Source of the DNA: Callorhinchus milii | Lineage: Eukaryota | Reading direction: 5' to 3' | DNA length: 64,000 nucleotides | NCBI RefSeq assembly: GCF_018977255.1 | Contig: NW_024704742.1 | Coordinates: forward strand, 136,464,001 to 136,528,000 | Part shown: positions 36,660 to 49,913 of the stretch, one piece after another | Numbering within the stretch: the first letter of the stretch is position 1 | Layout of the letters: each line of letters opens with the position of its first letter | Made by a program: the position numbers and the translations under genes | Notes under the pieces: generated by a model | Database searches by the model: none | The model's input: only the letters and a program-made list of their open reading frames with translations | What the model was told of the DNA's origin: nothing

Positions 36660-36665
36660 AATAAA
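36660..36665 (+). terminator. Probable acaa2 polyadenylation signal AATAAA
   Basis: First non-SINE AATAAA after the stop; TGTA just upstream, T-rich tract downstream. Confidence 0.45.
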
Positions 36666-38319
36666 TCTTATTTTTGATGCGTATTTTTAATCTTTTTTCC
36701 CCAAATCTCCCAGCACCCCTTTTCCCCTTTCTCTTCCCCTCCCCCCCCCCACCCACCACCACCACACACACACCTTGCTCGCGACTCTGTATAATATTGT
36801 ACACTCAGGATATTGTGGATTCGAGCCCCATTCGAATCTATAGTTGACGGTGCTCCGGGGGGAAGGGGGGGGGGGCTTTGCGAGGAGAGAATTGCATTGT
36901 CAATACTGCCGTCCTTCTGATCAGACGTTAGAGTTCCCGTCTGTGTCTTCAAATGGACGTTAAAGAACCAAAGAGATGGGTGTTTCTTCTGGCGTCCTGT
37001 GATTTGGTCATTCACTTCAAGTGTTCGTGGGGCACGGCTGTAACATTGACTCCCTCCTTGCCTCCAAATGCACAGTCACTACACTTGAAAGGAGCTACCT
37101 CTAAAATGGTATGGCCTTATATATGATTTAACCACAAGAAGTTTTAGTGTATAAAAATTCGTGCCCTATATAATGGACAATCTATAATAATTATCAGTGA
37201 TATAACAACATAGTTATATCTATATTCTAACATATAGGATAGTGTGTAATAATCATAATATTACTGTTATATAGTTATGTCATTATTAAGAGCCAAGCCT
37301 GGGCACACTGCCAATCTGATGCTCTTAAGCAAGGTAATGGTTTCCGCAGGTAATTTGTCGTTGTAATGAGAACTCACATCGCCAGAGGAGGCCATTGAGC
37401 TTAAGGTGGAACAAGCTTGTTATAATCTCAAAGTGAACCCGTTCGAGGTCATTGCTCGGCAGTGGGTCAGGGTGAATGTCAGTGGTCTATTAAGGAAAGT
37501 CTTTGGTTCTCTCAGACGCTTATAAAAGTGCTGCTCCCTTCAACTTGTTTCTGGCACAGATTCCAATACTGGGAGCTGGACATGTGTTTGCAAGTGAACG
37601 TTTCACATCACACCACTGGCTACTATTACACACAGAAACTGCTGTGTCTACTGCTTTCATGCACTGCGGATCCAAGTTTTACAGGGATGGCTGTCTGCGG
37701 GACACTGCTGTGTGCAAATGGCTGCTGGGTTTTACCCCCAAAATACACAGTCACTCCACTCTACAGTATATCCTGCGAAGCGCTTTGATACGTCTCAATG
37801 ACTTTATCAAATGCAAGGATTATTATTATTCTTCGGGGGAATGGGTGAAGAGAGTCAGCACACCTCTTTCACACGGTTTATTCCAAACATGTATTTTGAT
37901 AGCACCATATCATGTGAAAGCAAATACTGTCATGTAGTGACTATTTCTGTAGTCCGTTGCAGCAAATATGCATGCCAGATTCCACACAGTTTGTTGTTAA
38001 CCATTCCCTAGTTCCAACAAGATCTCACATTTTAATAAGAATAATTTTCACATCTTAATTTTGACCCTTACATTATGATGCAGTGCCTTTTTGCTGGTCG
38101 TGTGGAGGAGAAGGCGAAGAAGAGACGGACTATGGACCCTCGTGGAATCTCATTCTGAAAAGAGGAAAGAGTTTCTCCCAGTGTCCTGGCCGACAATTCC
38201 CCTTTCCCCCCAGGAAAAAAAAGTATTTCTTTGGCCGACCGGATTTCTGACACAATAATAATCTGTTCATTTGATATAGCACTGTTATTATTGTTATTAT
38301 GATCATCAAAGCCATCTCT

Positions 38320-40697
38320 GACCACCGCTTAAGCTCCCTCAACACCTCTGTACCTCTTCTCCCTTCTCAACCCTCTACCATCACATACCGTCCTAGGAAT
38401 TTTTTTTCGTCCCTTTCCACTGCCCTGAAGTCATCTGAACTCCTACACCTCTGGCCCTCACTGACCGATCTACCGTCCTTGCTCTCATTTCTCCACAACT
38501 CCCTCTCCTCCATTCTAGACTCCCTTGCCCCTCTCACCTCCTGAACTGCCTCGTACTCCCGTAAATCTCCCTGGTACACCAGCCATCTCCGTTCCCTCAA
38601 GGCACAAGTGCGAGCTGCCGAACGCGCCTTGACCAAATCCAAACTAACAGTCCATCGGCAGATTTGGCTTCATCACACCAAGACCTACTGCTGCGCTCTT
38701 GCCTCCGCCAAATCCTCCTTCTACTCCAAGGTTATCTTGGAGGCAAAGGACAACCCCAGGCTTCTCTTTTCCACCACAAACTGTCTCCTCCATTCACCTT
38801 CCCATACCTAGTCCATCCTCTCCTCAAACTCCAACTGTGGGGATGCTGGACTTACTCGAATCAAAAATCGAGGGGATACGTTCAGCCACATCTGGTCTGT
38901 CCACAGCCACCCCCACATCACCTCTCCCTAATGATCCACCTCCACCCATCCCCCCCTATACTCCTTCGACCCTATCTCTCCCTCCTCCCTCACCACGACT
39001 GTCCGCAAACTCAAACCCACCACCTGCTCCCTCGATCCCTCTGCCTCCCCGTCCTCCTCGACCTCTCTGCCGTCTTCGACACTGTCAACCACTCCATCCA
39101 TCGTGGAGTCCTGTAGCTCAGTGGTTAGAGCACTCGCTTTGCAAGAGGGAGACCTGAGTTCAATTCCAGGCAGAGGGCGAAACCTTGGGCAAGTTTCCTT
39201 ACTCCACACAGAGCCTAATAATAATCCCTCCAAAACAAAACAATAATAAATTGGTCATTTTCAATCTACGACTGTTTGTGGGACATTGCTGTGCGCAATT
39301 GGCTGCCGCGTTCGCCCACAAATATACAGTCAATTCACTTTACAGTGTGTTCTGTGAAGCGCTTTGGGACGTCCTCCCGACGTGAAAAGCGCTATATCAA
39401 ATGCAAGGATTATTATTATTATTATTATCCTCATACACTGCCTCTCCTCTTTACTTAATCTTCACGGATCTGCCCTGGCCTGGTTCGACTCTTATCTCTC
39501 TCACCTTTGTTGCCTCTAATGCACTGTCACATCTGGCGTCCTCCAGGGCTCTGTCCTTGGCCCTCTCCTCTTTAATATCTATATGCTCCCCCTTAGTGCC
39601 ATCATCCACAAACATGGGGTCAACTTCCATATGTATGCGGATGACACCCAACTCTATCTTTCTGCTTCCACCCTCAACTCCAGGACCACTGCTGTCCTGA
39701 CAGACTGTCTGTCGGACATCAAGTCCTGGATGATGGCAAATTTCCTACAGTTGAATGTGATCAAGACTGAGGCCCTCCTGATTAGCTCGCGCCAGCGACT
39801 CAGCACCTCAGGTTCTAGCAGCGTCAACCTCCATGGTTTCACACTACAACTCACCAAGCCAGTCAGGAACTTAGGTGTCTTGTTCGACCCTCATTTGTCT
39901 TTTCTTCCCACATCCAAGTCATGACCCACTCAGCCTTCCCTCACTTAATAATATAATAATAATAATAATCCTTGCATTTGATATAGCACTTTTCACGTCG
40001 GGGGGACGTCCCAAAGCGTCCTTGCGTACCCAAGCACTTGCGTAACATCGCTCGAATCCACCACTACCTCACCCCTCTGACCGCTGAAACACTTGTTCCT
40101 GTCTTCATCACCTTCACGCTTGACTATGAAAACGCTCTGCTTGTCGGCCTTCCCATCTCCTCCCTCCACAGGCTGTAGATAATCCACAACTCTGCAGCCC
40201 GTGTCCTCTCCTGCACCAAACTCCATGACCCCATCTCTCCGACTCTCGCCCGACTCCACTGGCTCCCTATCCTTCAGAGGATGCAGTTCAAGATCCTGAT
40301 CCTCACCTACAAAGCCCTCCATGGCCTCGCCCTACCCTACCTCTGCAACCTCCTAACCCCCTACCAATCCGCCCGCTCCCTCCGCTCAGCCGGCTCTGTC
40401 CTGCTCCACGTCCCCTGACACACCTGCCCCACCATTGGCGGGAGAGCCTTCAGCCACTCTGCCCCCAACCTCTGAAATTCCATCCCTCAATCACTCCACC
40501 TCGCCCCCTCCTTAGCCTCCTTCAAGTCAATCCTCAAAACCCTCCTTTTCGACCATGCCATCCCCTTCCCCTCCCTTCCCTTCTCCCTCCCTGACCCCAG
40601 CTCGGGTCGGAAATACTGTACACTGTCCAACGCCTTGGGAGGTCCTCCCAATGTGAAAGGTGCTATACAAATGTAATCTTGCTGTTGCTGTTATTGT
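38320..40697 (+). mobile_element. Degenerate L2 LINE (linker, RT, 3' tail) with internal deletions and nested SINE sequence
   Basis: [40 protein letters not shown] motifs; tail ccttgggaggtcctcccaatgtgaaaggtgctatacaaatgtaa followed by TTG-like repeats. Confidence 0.9.
39103..39428 (+). mobile_element. Young tRNA-Deu SINE nested in an L2 RT fragment
   Basis: Interrupts the L2 sequence ...DTVNHSI|L...; same consensus as the other young copies. Confidence 0.9.
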
Positions 40698-42321
40698 TAT
40701 TTGCCATATTATTTAGACATCTCAATGCGCTTCACCAAATATGCTGAAAAGTGAATTGACTATTTTATGGGGAATGTGGCAGACAATTCCACACAGCAGT
40801 GTCCACAAACAGTCATGGATTGAGTTTTTTTTGAGGCATAGTTATCCTCTGAAACTGGGTTTCTACTTACTACGAGGTAAACAGGCGTGTGGAGTAAGGA
40901 AACTTGCCCAACGTTTCGCCTTGCCAGGGATCGAACCAGGGTCCTCTCGCTTAAGCTACTCACTGTTAATATCATTTAATGTCATTGATAGCACTGCCTG
41001 GCAAGCTTTCACACTGCTTGTCCAGCTGGGTTCACCCTACCCATTGGGGCTTTGCCTCGCAGGATTAACAGTAGCTGAGTGGGAGGAAGCCCTGCAAAAA
41101 AATACTGTTACTGTAAGCCAATTGACTACATTCAAAACTACAAGGTTGCTGTACTTTGCAGTTAAAATCCTGTGAAGCACTTTGAGAGATACTCTGATGT
41201 AAACACCACTGTATCACTGTAAGAATTATTATTATTAATAATAATAATCCTTGCATTTGATGTAGCACCTCATCATGTCTTTGAGACGTCTCCTAGAGCG
41301 TCACAGAATATACTGTAAGTGAATTGATTTTTAATTTTGTGAGTGAAAGGCGGCAGCCAATTGTGCACGAATAGTCCCACTGAAGTTTGTTTCCTTTAGG
41401 GAATGGATCCGATCAGAGAGGAGACGAGAGCTGACTTAGGAAAACTGCAGCTCTCCGCACTGATTCAGCACTTTCGCCCCAAGGTAATTACGTCTTGCTT
41501 CCCTCTCGGCGTATGAAAGTCCCTGAAGTTCCAGCCTTGGAGCTAATTAAACTACTGGAGACCTTGGCTGTTGCTACGGCCAAAGCTGCCAGTTCAGATC
41601 AGCCCTCAACGTTTTTTTTCCCCATGTTAAAAGAAAATCCTGATCTCCCCAGGCACAGACAGACAGACAAATCAGTCACAGCTGGTTTGGCTGAAAATTA
41701 ATTCAGTAACATAATGATATAATCCTCGCATTTGATACAGCGCCTTATCACGTCGTTCAGACGTCTTAAAGCGCTCCACGGGATACACTGCAAAGTGACT
41801 GTGTATTTTGTGGATGAAACGTGGCAGACGATTGTGCACAGCAGTGCCTCACAACCAGTCGTGGACTGTGTGGAAGCAACTTTATTCTGTGGGGGGAGGT
41901 AAAAGGGGTTGGGGTGGGGGGAGGTGTGGGTTGAGGAATCTCCCAACAGATCAAATTCAAGTGATAAGGCACTATAGCAATTGCAGGGATTTACTTATTA
42001 TAATAAATGACAGCCAACGTGTGGAGTCCCATAGCTTAGTGGTTAGCACGCTCGCCTCGCAAGCAAGAGGACCCGGGATCGATATCCTTAGGCAAGATTC
42101 TACACACCTCTGTTTGCCCAGCGGTTAATAGAATACCAGTTGTTAGTCGATTGGCGGATCGCTTTCCAGGGGTAATAAGCCCTCAAAAAAAAGGGGGTCA
42201 CTCAATCCACAACTGCTTGTGGAACACTGCTTTGCGCAATTGGCTGCCGCGATTCGCCCCAGAAATTGCTCAGTTACTCCACTTATAGAAATATCAGGTG
42301 AAGCACATTGTGATGTCCCAA

Positions 42322-43737
42322 TCAACAACAACAACAAGATTCTATTTATAGAGCGCCTTTCACGTCGGGAGGACGTCCCAAGGCGCTGTACAGTTGGGTC
42401 AGGACCCGAGCAGGGGGGAAATGGTCAGGGTGAGGGGAGGGGAGGGAGGGAGCGAGGCGGGAGTAGAGAGTCGAGAGGGAGCTGAAGGCACGGTCAAAGA
42501 GAAAGGTCTTGAGACCAGCCTTGAAGGAGGAAAGGGAGGAGACGGCGAAGGCACTGGGGGATAGAGTTCCAGAGCCTCGGGGCTGAGAGGCTGAAGGCCA
42601 CCGATGGTAGGGCGGTTGGAGCGGGGGATGTGGGGCAGACCGGAGCCGGAGGAACGGAGGGTACGGGCAGGTAGGTAGGGGGATAGTAGGTTGGAGAGGT
42701 AGGAGTGAATGGCCTTGTAGGCAGGCTGTCAGGACATCGGTGGTCGTGGAGTTGAGGGTAGAGGAGGAAAGGTAGAGTTGGGTGTCATCCGCATACATGT
42801 GGAAGTTAACCCCATGTCTGCGGATGATGTCACCGAGGGGGAGCATATAGAGGTTGAAGAGGAGGGGACCGAGGACAGAGCCCTGAGGGACACCACATGA
42901 GACAGTGCGGGGGGTGGAGAAAAAGCCATTCGTGGAAACAAAGTGAAGACGGTGGGAGAGGTACGACCTAAACCATTCAAGGACAGGGCCTTGAAGGTTG
43001 AGGTGGGAGGACAAGCGGTGGAGGAGGATAGCGTGGTCGACCGTATCGAATGCTGCCGATAGATCGAGGAGGCAGAGGGAGCCCTGGTCACAGATGGTCA
43101 GGATGTCATTGGTGACCTTGACCAGGGCAGTTTCTGTGCTATGGGCAGCACGGAAACCTGACTGAAGGGGTTCGAATAATGAATGGGTGGAGAGGAAAGA
43201 GTGCAGATGGGAGGCGACAACTCGTTCCAGGACCTTGGACAGGAAGGGGAGGTTGGAGATGGGCCGGTAGCTTGATAGCTGCGACGCATCAAGGGAGGGT
43301 TTTTTCAAGGTGGGAGTGATGATGGCAGTTTTTAAGGGAATGGGAACAGAGCCAGAGGAGAGGGACAGGTTGACGATGTCTATATGTGGGGCAAGGAGGT
43401 GGCGCTGGGAGATAAGGAGTGGGGTGGGGATGGGGTCAAGGGAGCAGGTGATGGGTTTCAGGGATAGGATGAGTTTGGTGACAGAGGGTGGGGAAACGGG
43501 TACGAAAGTGTGTAGGGGAGGATGGGTAGAAGTCGGAGTGTGGGAGGGAGGGGGTGGGTGGATGTTGGAGGAGAAGTGACCGCGGAGCAAATTCCCTTGA
43601 TTTTGGATTCAAGGAAATCCAGCATCTCCTCGCAGTGAAGGTTGGAGGAGATGACCTGCGCGGGGTGGCGGGGGGGACGGAGGAGTTGGGATGTGGTAGA
43701 AAACAGTAGCCTGGGGTTGTTCTTCGCCTCCAGGATT
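42322..43737 (-). mobile_element. Young L2 LINE, 5'-truncated, RT core in an open frame (ORF 42346-43590) but internally deleted
   Basis: [57 protein letters not shown]; (CAA)n tail at 42323-42337. Confidence 0.93.
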
Positions 43738-44173
43738 ATCAATGACATGATAAGACACTATATCAAGTGCAAGGATTATTATTATTGTTCCTATTATTAT
43801 AACGTGGTTTCATTAAGGAGGTAACAGCCCGAGTTGACTGTGGGAAGCCATATGACATGATGCAGTCTTGTATCTCAGTATACAGCAGGTGGCAGCTTTG
43901 TACTAAACATTAGGTTTGATTGTGTGGCCGAAACAGCAAAGAGGTAACTTTATACTGAGAGGGCAATCCTTACCCTGAGGGTGATCAAAGCAACAGGTTT
44001 ACCAGAAAGAGGACTTTGAGCTGGATATGTGAGGGAAGAGAATTGACGTGCACGGCATAGAAGTGTGAGAGGATAGGGTTTAGCCTGGCTCAGTAGCACT
44101 CACTCACTTACTGAATCAGAAAGCTGTGTGTTCAAGCCTCATCTTAGGACTTTGAACTCACGAATCTCGGCTG

Positions 44174-44955
44174 ACAACAACAACAAGATTACATCTGTAT
44201 AGCGCCTTTCACGTCGGGAGGATGTCTCAAGGCTCTGGACAGTGTACAGCATTTCAGACCCGAGCTGGGGTCAGGGGGGAGAGGGGAGGGGAAGCGGGGT
44301 GACCAATGACATGATCGAAGAGGAGGGTTTTGAGGCGGGACTTGAAGGAGGCTAAGGCAAGGGCGAGGCGGAGCAACTGGGGGATGGAGTTCCAGAGATT
44401 GGGGGCAGAGTGGCTGAAGGCTCTCCCGCCAATGGTGCGGTGGGTGGTCGGGGGACGTGGAGCAGCCAGATCCGGCTGAGCGGTGGGAATGGGCGGGTTG
44501 GTAGAGGTTAGGAGGTCACAGAGGTAGGGTGGGGCGAGGCCATGGAGGGCTTTGCAGGTGAAGACCAGGATTTTGAAGGATAGGGAGCCAATGGAGTCGG
44601 GCGAGAATGGGGGAGATGGGGTCACAGAGTTTGGTGCGGGAGAGGACATGGGCTGCAGAGTTCTGGACTATCTGCAGCCTTGGAGGGGGGAGTTGGGAAG
44701 GCCGACAAGCAGAGCGTTTGCATAGTCGAGCCTGGAGGTGATGAAGGCATGAACAAGAGTTTCAGTGGCCTGAGGGGTGAGGTAGTGGCGGAGTCGGGCG
44801 ATGTTACGCCGGTGAGGGAAGGCAGAGCGGGTCATGGCTTGGATGTGGGGAAGAAAAGACGGTTGAGGGTCGAACAAAACACCCAGGTACCTGACTGGCT
44901 TGGTGAGTTGAAGTGTGAAGCCATGGAAGTTGATGCTGCCAAAGTCTGAGGTGCA
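44174..44955 (-). mobile_element. L2 LINE 3' fragment
   Basis: VRYLGVLFD...TLVHAFITSRLDYANALL...GGRAFS; shared 3' stem-loop and (CAA)n. Confidence 0.88.
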
Positions 44956-47161
44956 GTGCCACTCCAGTATAGTGCTGGGATGTGCTGCATCGTTAGAGGT
45001 GGCGTCTTTCAGCTGAGATATCAAACTGAGGTCCCAACTGTGTCTATTCAGATGGCTGTTAAAGATCCCATGATACTATTTGAAAAAAAAAGGGAGTTTC
45101 TCCCTCCTGGTCTCCTCAAAATAAAAAAAAATGGTCATTCACCCCATGGCTGTTTGTGGGATATTGCTGCGTGAAAATTATATTATATGGTTGCCATTTT
45201 TGGCCAAAAAATACAGTCACATTGCTTTACAGTGCATCTTGTGAAGTGCTTTGAGACATCTCAATGGTGCAATAAAGCTCTATATCAAATACAAGATTTA
45301 TTATTATTAGGAGGGTTGTTGGCTTATGCTGAGTATAAACACTAGTTAAGCCAAACTAGTGGCTGTACAGTTCTGTACAGTCCAGTTCATTCTATGTCTA
45401 AGCTGACACTCCAGTGCAGTGCAAGTGGGAGGGAGGCATTATCGGAGGCGCTGACCTTCGGATAAGACGTTAAACCGAGGTCCGCTTGGGGGATTGTTGC
45501 TGCCTCAGGTGGACGTTAAAGATTCCATGATACGATTTGTAAACAGAAGAGGGTTTCTCCTGATATCCTCACAAGTTCACATTGGTTTCTTGTCAAGCGC
45601 TCTGCGTGAGGGGTAGTATATAAATGCAAGTTGTTGTGGGTTTGGATCAAGAAGACCCCTTTTGCTCCCACCGCAGCATCAAGCTGCTTTTCAAACGAGT
45701 ACTAGCCTCAACCATTCTTCCTGGTAACCCATATCAGTGGTTAATTACTCTGGCATTGTATCAAATATAGGGTTCGTCATTATTAACCAAAAGGGTTTAC
45801 TCTTTCAAACTCATTTAATATCTTATACATGGCTCTAAGGTTCCCTCTGTAATGTTTCCCGTCGAGATTCATCTTATTGTTGCTCATTCCGCTAACACTG
45901 GGGATCATACCTGTTGCTCTGCTCTGCGTTACCTCCTGTAGGGCCTTTTGGCAGCTTCATTGTGTCACAGCGACCGGAACTGTACACTGTACACAGGTGT
46001 GGCTAACTCACAGCTGAGTACAATGCAATACAAAATTACATTTGTAAACCGCCTTTCACATCAGGAGAACATTCCAAGGCGCTGAATAGTCAGGGACAGT
46101 GGAGGGCGGAGAGGGTAGGAGGGTGGCCGAAGGCACGGACGAAGAGGAGGGTCTTGAGACGTGCCTTGAAGGACATAGGACACTGGGAGAGAGAAATGCC
46201 CTTCTCTTTTTCAATAATGGGATCTTTAACATCCACCTGAGCAGCCAAATGGGACCTCGGATTAACGGCTCATTCAAAGGACCCCCAGGGCTGCACTGGA
46301 GTGTCATCTTAGACTATGTGATTCCAAGTCCCAACGTGGGGGCTTGAACCCACAACCTTCAGGCTCAGAGCGAGAGCGCTACCACTGAGCCAGGCTGACA
46401 CACAATCCATGATAAACAAAACAAAAAACTCTAAAAGCCCTGTCGAATACACTCCAAATGTCCCATATGTCTATTCATCTCCCTTTTGAACATCCCAATT
46501 GATTCTGCCATTGGTACATACCTTCAATATGTCACACACTCACACCCATCTCTGTGTTTAACGAAACGCAACCTCGGTTTCCTAATCTCTTTCCTCTCCA
46601 ACAGTTCCTTAATGCTTGTCATTGAGTTATTCTCTGTCCGGTTGCAGGCTTGCAACACTGGTGACATAAAAGATTTGTGCAATGCTGCGGTGTGTCAAAG
46701 TTAGAGAATATGCTTCAGAGGATGTGGTCTCTTTCCCACCTTGTGGCAAAATAACGTTGAACATTTTGCCTGACCTTGACGGGTACAGAGTCCCATCTCA
46801 TCATAAGGTCGGAGGCACCCTCCTGAGGATGAGACGTTAAACTGAGGTCTCGTCTGCCTGTTCATGTGGCTGTTAAAGATCTCATGGCACCATTTGAAAA
46901 GAGAAGGGACTTTTTCTCTCCTGGTGTCCTGGCCAACAATCCCCCAGATAAAATTAATCATTTACTTTATGGTAGTTTGCAGGACATTGCTGTGCATGAA
47001 TTGACTGCTGCGTCTGCCTAGAAAAATACACAATCACTGTACTTTACAGTAAATGTCTTGTTTCACTGCCAGCTCTTTACACTCCACATCCATGCTCTCA
47101 CTCACTTAGCTTTCCCTCCCCTCCGTAATAATAATATTCCTTGCGTTTGATATAGCGCCTT

Positions 47162-48665
47162 ACAATACAATACAAAACAAAATTACATTTGTAAAGTGCC
47201 TTGCCCATCAGGAGGACGTCCCAAGGCGCTGAACAGTCAGGGATTAGGACCCGAGCGGCGGGGGGGGCGAGGGGGGATCAGGAGGGGTGGAGGGCAGAGA
47301 AGGTAGGAGGGTGGCCGGAGGCTGGGTCGAAGAGGAGGGTCTTGAGACGGGTCTTGAAAGAGGCAAGGGAGGGAGCGAGACGAAGGGAATGTGGGATGGA
47401 GTTCCGGAGGCCGGGGGCAGAGAGGCTGAAGACCCAACCGCCGATAATGGGCAGGCCGGGCGGGGGACATGGAGCAGATCGAGCCTGCTGAACGGAGGGA
47501 GCGGACAGGTTGATAGGGGGTTAGCAGGTCAGAGAGATAGGAGGGGGCAAGGCTATGGAGGGCCTTGAAGGTGAGGATGAGAATTTTTAACTCGATCCTC
47601 TGAGGGATGCTAGTGGTGTGTGATGGGTCATGGAGCCTGGTGCGGGAGAGGACATGAGCTGCAGAGTTCCGGATGATCTGCACCTTGTGGAGGGAAGGAA
47701 GGGGGGAAGGACAGTTGAGGGTCAAACAAGACGCCTAGTTTCCTGACTGGCTTATTGAGGTGGAATGTGCATTCCTTGGATGCTCGTGCTGCCAGTGCCT
47801 GAGGTGCAGAGGCGCTGGCACAAGCCAATTAGTAAAGCCTCGGGCTTGCTGACGTTCAGCTGTAGAAAGGTGGCTCTCATCCAGGACTTGATATGTGACA
47901 GGCAGTCTGTCAGCACATCAGTTGCCCTGGGGCAAGGTTGGAGGCAGAGAGATAGAGTTGGGTGTCATGCATGCAGATGTGGAAGTTGACCCCGTGTCTG
48001 CGGATGATGTCACCAAGAGGGAGCATGTACAGGTTGAAGAGGAGAGAGCCCTGAGGAACACCACACGAGACTGTGCGGGGGCTGAAGGAGAAGCCATTTG
48101 TGGAGACAAAGTGGAGCCGGTGAGAGATAGGATTTGAACCATTCAAGGACAGAACCTTGAAGGTTAAGGTGAGAGGAGAGACGGTGGAGGAGGATAGAGT
48201 GGTCCACAGTGTCAAAGGCAGCAGAGAGGTCGATGAGGAAGAGGAGACAGAGGAATCTAGTCACAGATGGACAGAATGGCAGTTGTCACCTTGATCAGGT
48301 CTGTTTCCATACTGTGGGATAGAGGTGATGACAGCTGTTTCTAGGGGTGGGAATGGTGCTAGTTGACAGGAAGCGGTTGATGAGGTCTGAGAGTAAAGGG
48401 GCGAGGAGGTGGAGCTGGGAGGTAGGGAGATGAGTAGGGATGGGTTCAAGGGAGCAGGTGGTGGATTTCATGCGGGTTTAGTGGTGGTGAGAGAAGAGGG
48501 GGAGACAGGTTCGAAGGTGTGGAGGGAGCGATGGGTAGGGGCTGGATTGTGAGGGAGAGATGGGGAAGGCTGAACGGATCCCCTCGATTTTAGTCTCAAG
48601 GAAATCCAGCATCTTCTCACAGTTGGAGTTGGAGGAGAGGCGTGAGAGGGTGGACGGAGGAGCCA
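47162..48665 (-). mobile_element. Degenerate L2 LINE fragment
   Basis: [17 protein letters not shown] and 3' tail, with several deletions. Confidence 0.85.
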
Positions 48666-49014
48666 GTTATCATATCATTGAGACGTCTCAAAGCGCTTCA
48701 CAGAACATACTATAAAGTGGATTGACTGAATAATTTGTGGGCGAAACACGTCAGCCAATTGAGCACAGCAGTGTCCTTTTAGCAATCATGGATTAAGTGA
48801 CCCCCAAAAATGTAAGGATTATTAATATTTAACGATCTCTGAAATTATTCAAAAAGAAGAGGGGATTTCTCCTGGTGTCTTGGCCAGAAATCCCCTATCA
48901 CTCACTTCACGTCAGTATACAGTCACTACACCCGACAAGAGGAACTGCTGTCAAATACTGGTATTTATCTGAAGTGAAACTGCTTCATTGAAATTGATTT
49001 CTTTTAATGAAAAA

Positions 49015-49913
49015 AACAACAAAATTATATTTGTCGGGAGGACGTCCCAAGGCTCTGGACAGAGAGCATTACGGACCTGAGCTGCGGGTAGGGGAGGGCA
49101 CAGTTGAAGAAGAGGGTCTTAAGAGGGTCTTAAGATGGGTCGAGGGATGGGGCAAGGTGGAGGGACTGCAATGAAGGCGTGTATGAGGGTTTCGGTGGCC
49201 TGCGGTGTGAGACAGTATTGGAGCCGGGCGATGTTGCAGAGGTGGGGGAAGGCAGAGCGGGTCATGGCGCAGATGTGGGATAGAAAGGATAGTTGAGCGT
49301 CAAGCAAGACCCCAAGGTTCCGGACTGGCTTAGCAAGGTGGAGTGTGCAACCATGGATGGTGATACTCTCAGCGCCTGAGGTGAGGAGGCACTGACGGGA
49401 AGCAATCAGGAGAGCCTCGGCTTTGTTCAGCTGAAGAAAGTTCAGCTGAAGAAAGTGAGCTCTCATCCAGGACTTGATGTCTGACAGACATTCTGTCAGC
49501 ACAGCAGTGGTCCTGGAGTCAAGGGTGGAGGCAGAGAGAAAGAGTTGGGTGTCATCCGCATACATGTGGAAGTTGAACCCATGTCTGCGGATGCTGTCAC
49601 CAAGAGGGAGCATATAGATATTGAAGAGGAGGGGACCAAGGACAGAGCCCTGAGGAACACCGCACGAGATGGTCCGGGGGCTAGAGAAGAAGCCGTTTGT
49701 GGAGATGAAGTGCAGGCGGTGTGAGAGGTACAGTCTGAACCAATCAAGGACAGAGCCATGGAGGTTGGGGGTGGGAGGAGAGGCGGAGGATAAGGATAGA
49801 GTCGTCAACGGTGTCGAAAGCAGCAGAGAGGTCAAGAAGGACGAGGAGGCAGAGGGAGCCCTGGTCGCAGATGGGCAGAATGTTATTTGTTACCTTGACC
49901 AGGGCTGTTTCTG
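49015..49913 (-). mobile_element. L2 LINE RT fragment with 3' tail
   Basis: GVPQGSVLGP...YADDTQL...VRNLGVLLD in ORF 49119-49835. Confidence 0.88.

Noticed and set aside
38130..38155. Short - strand segment (MRFHEGP*) as a possible lipg last exon
   Set aside because: The acceptor lies in SINE-derived sequence and I found no other lipase exons further along the window.
42346..43590. 414-aa reverse transcriptase ORF as a functional gene or novel RT system
   Set aside because: Standard L2 RT with no endonuclease domain, an internal deletion and an out-of-frame C-terminus; many degenerate siblings in the window.
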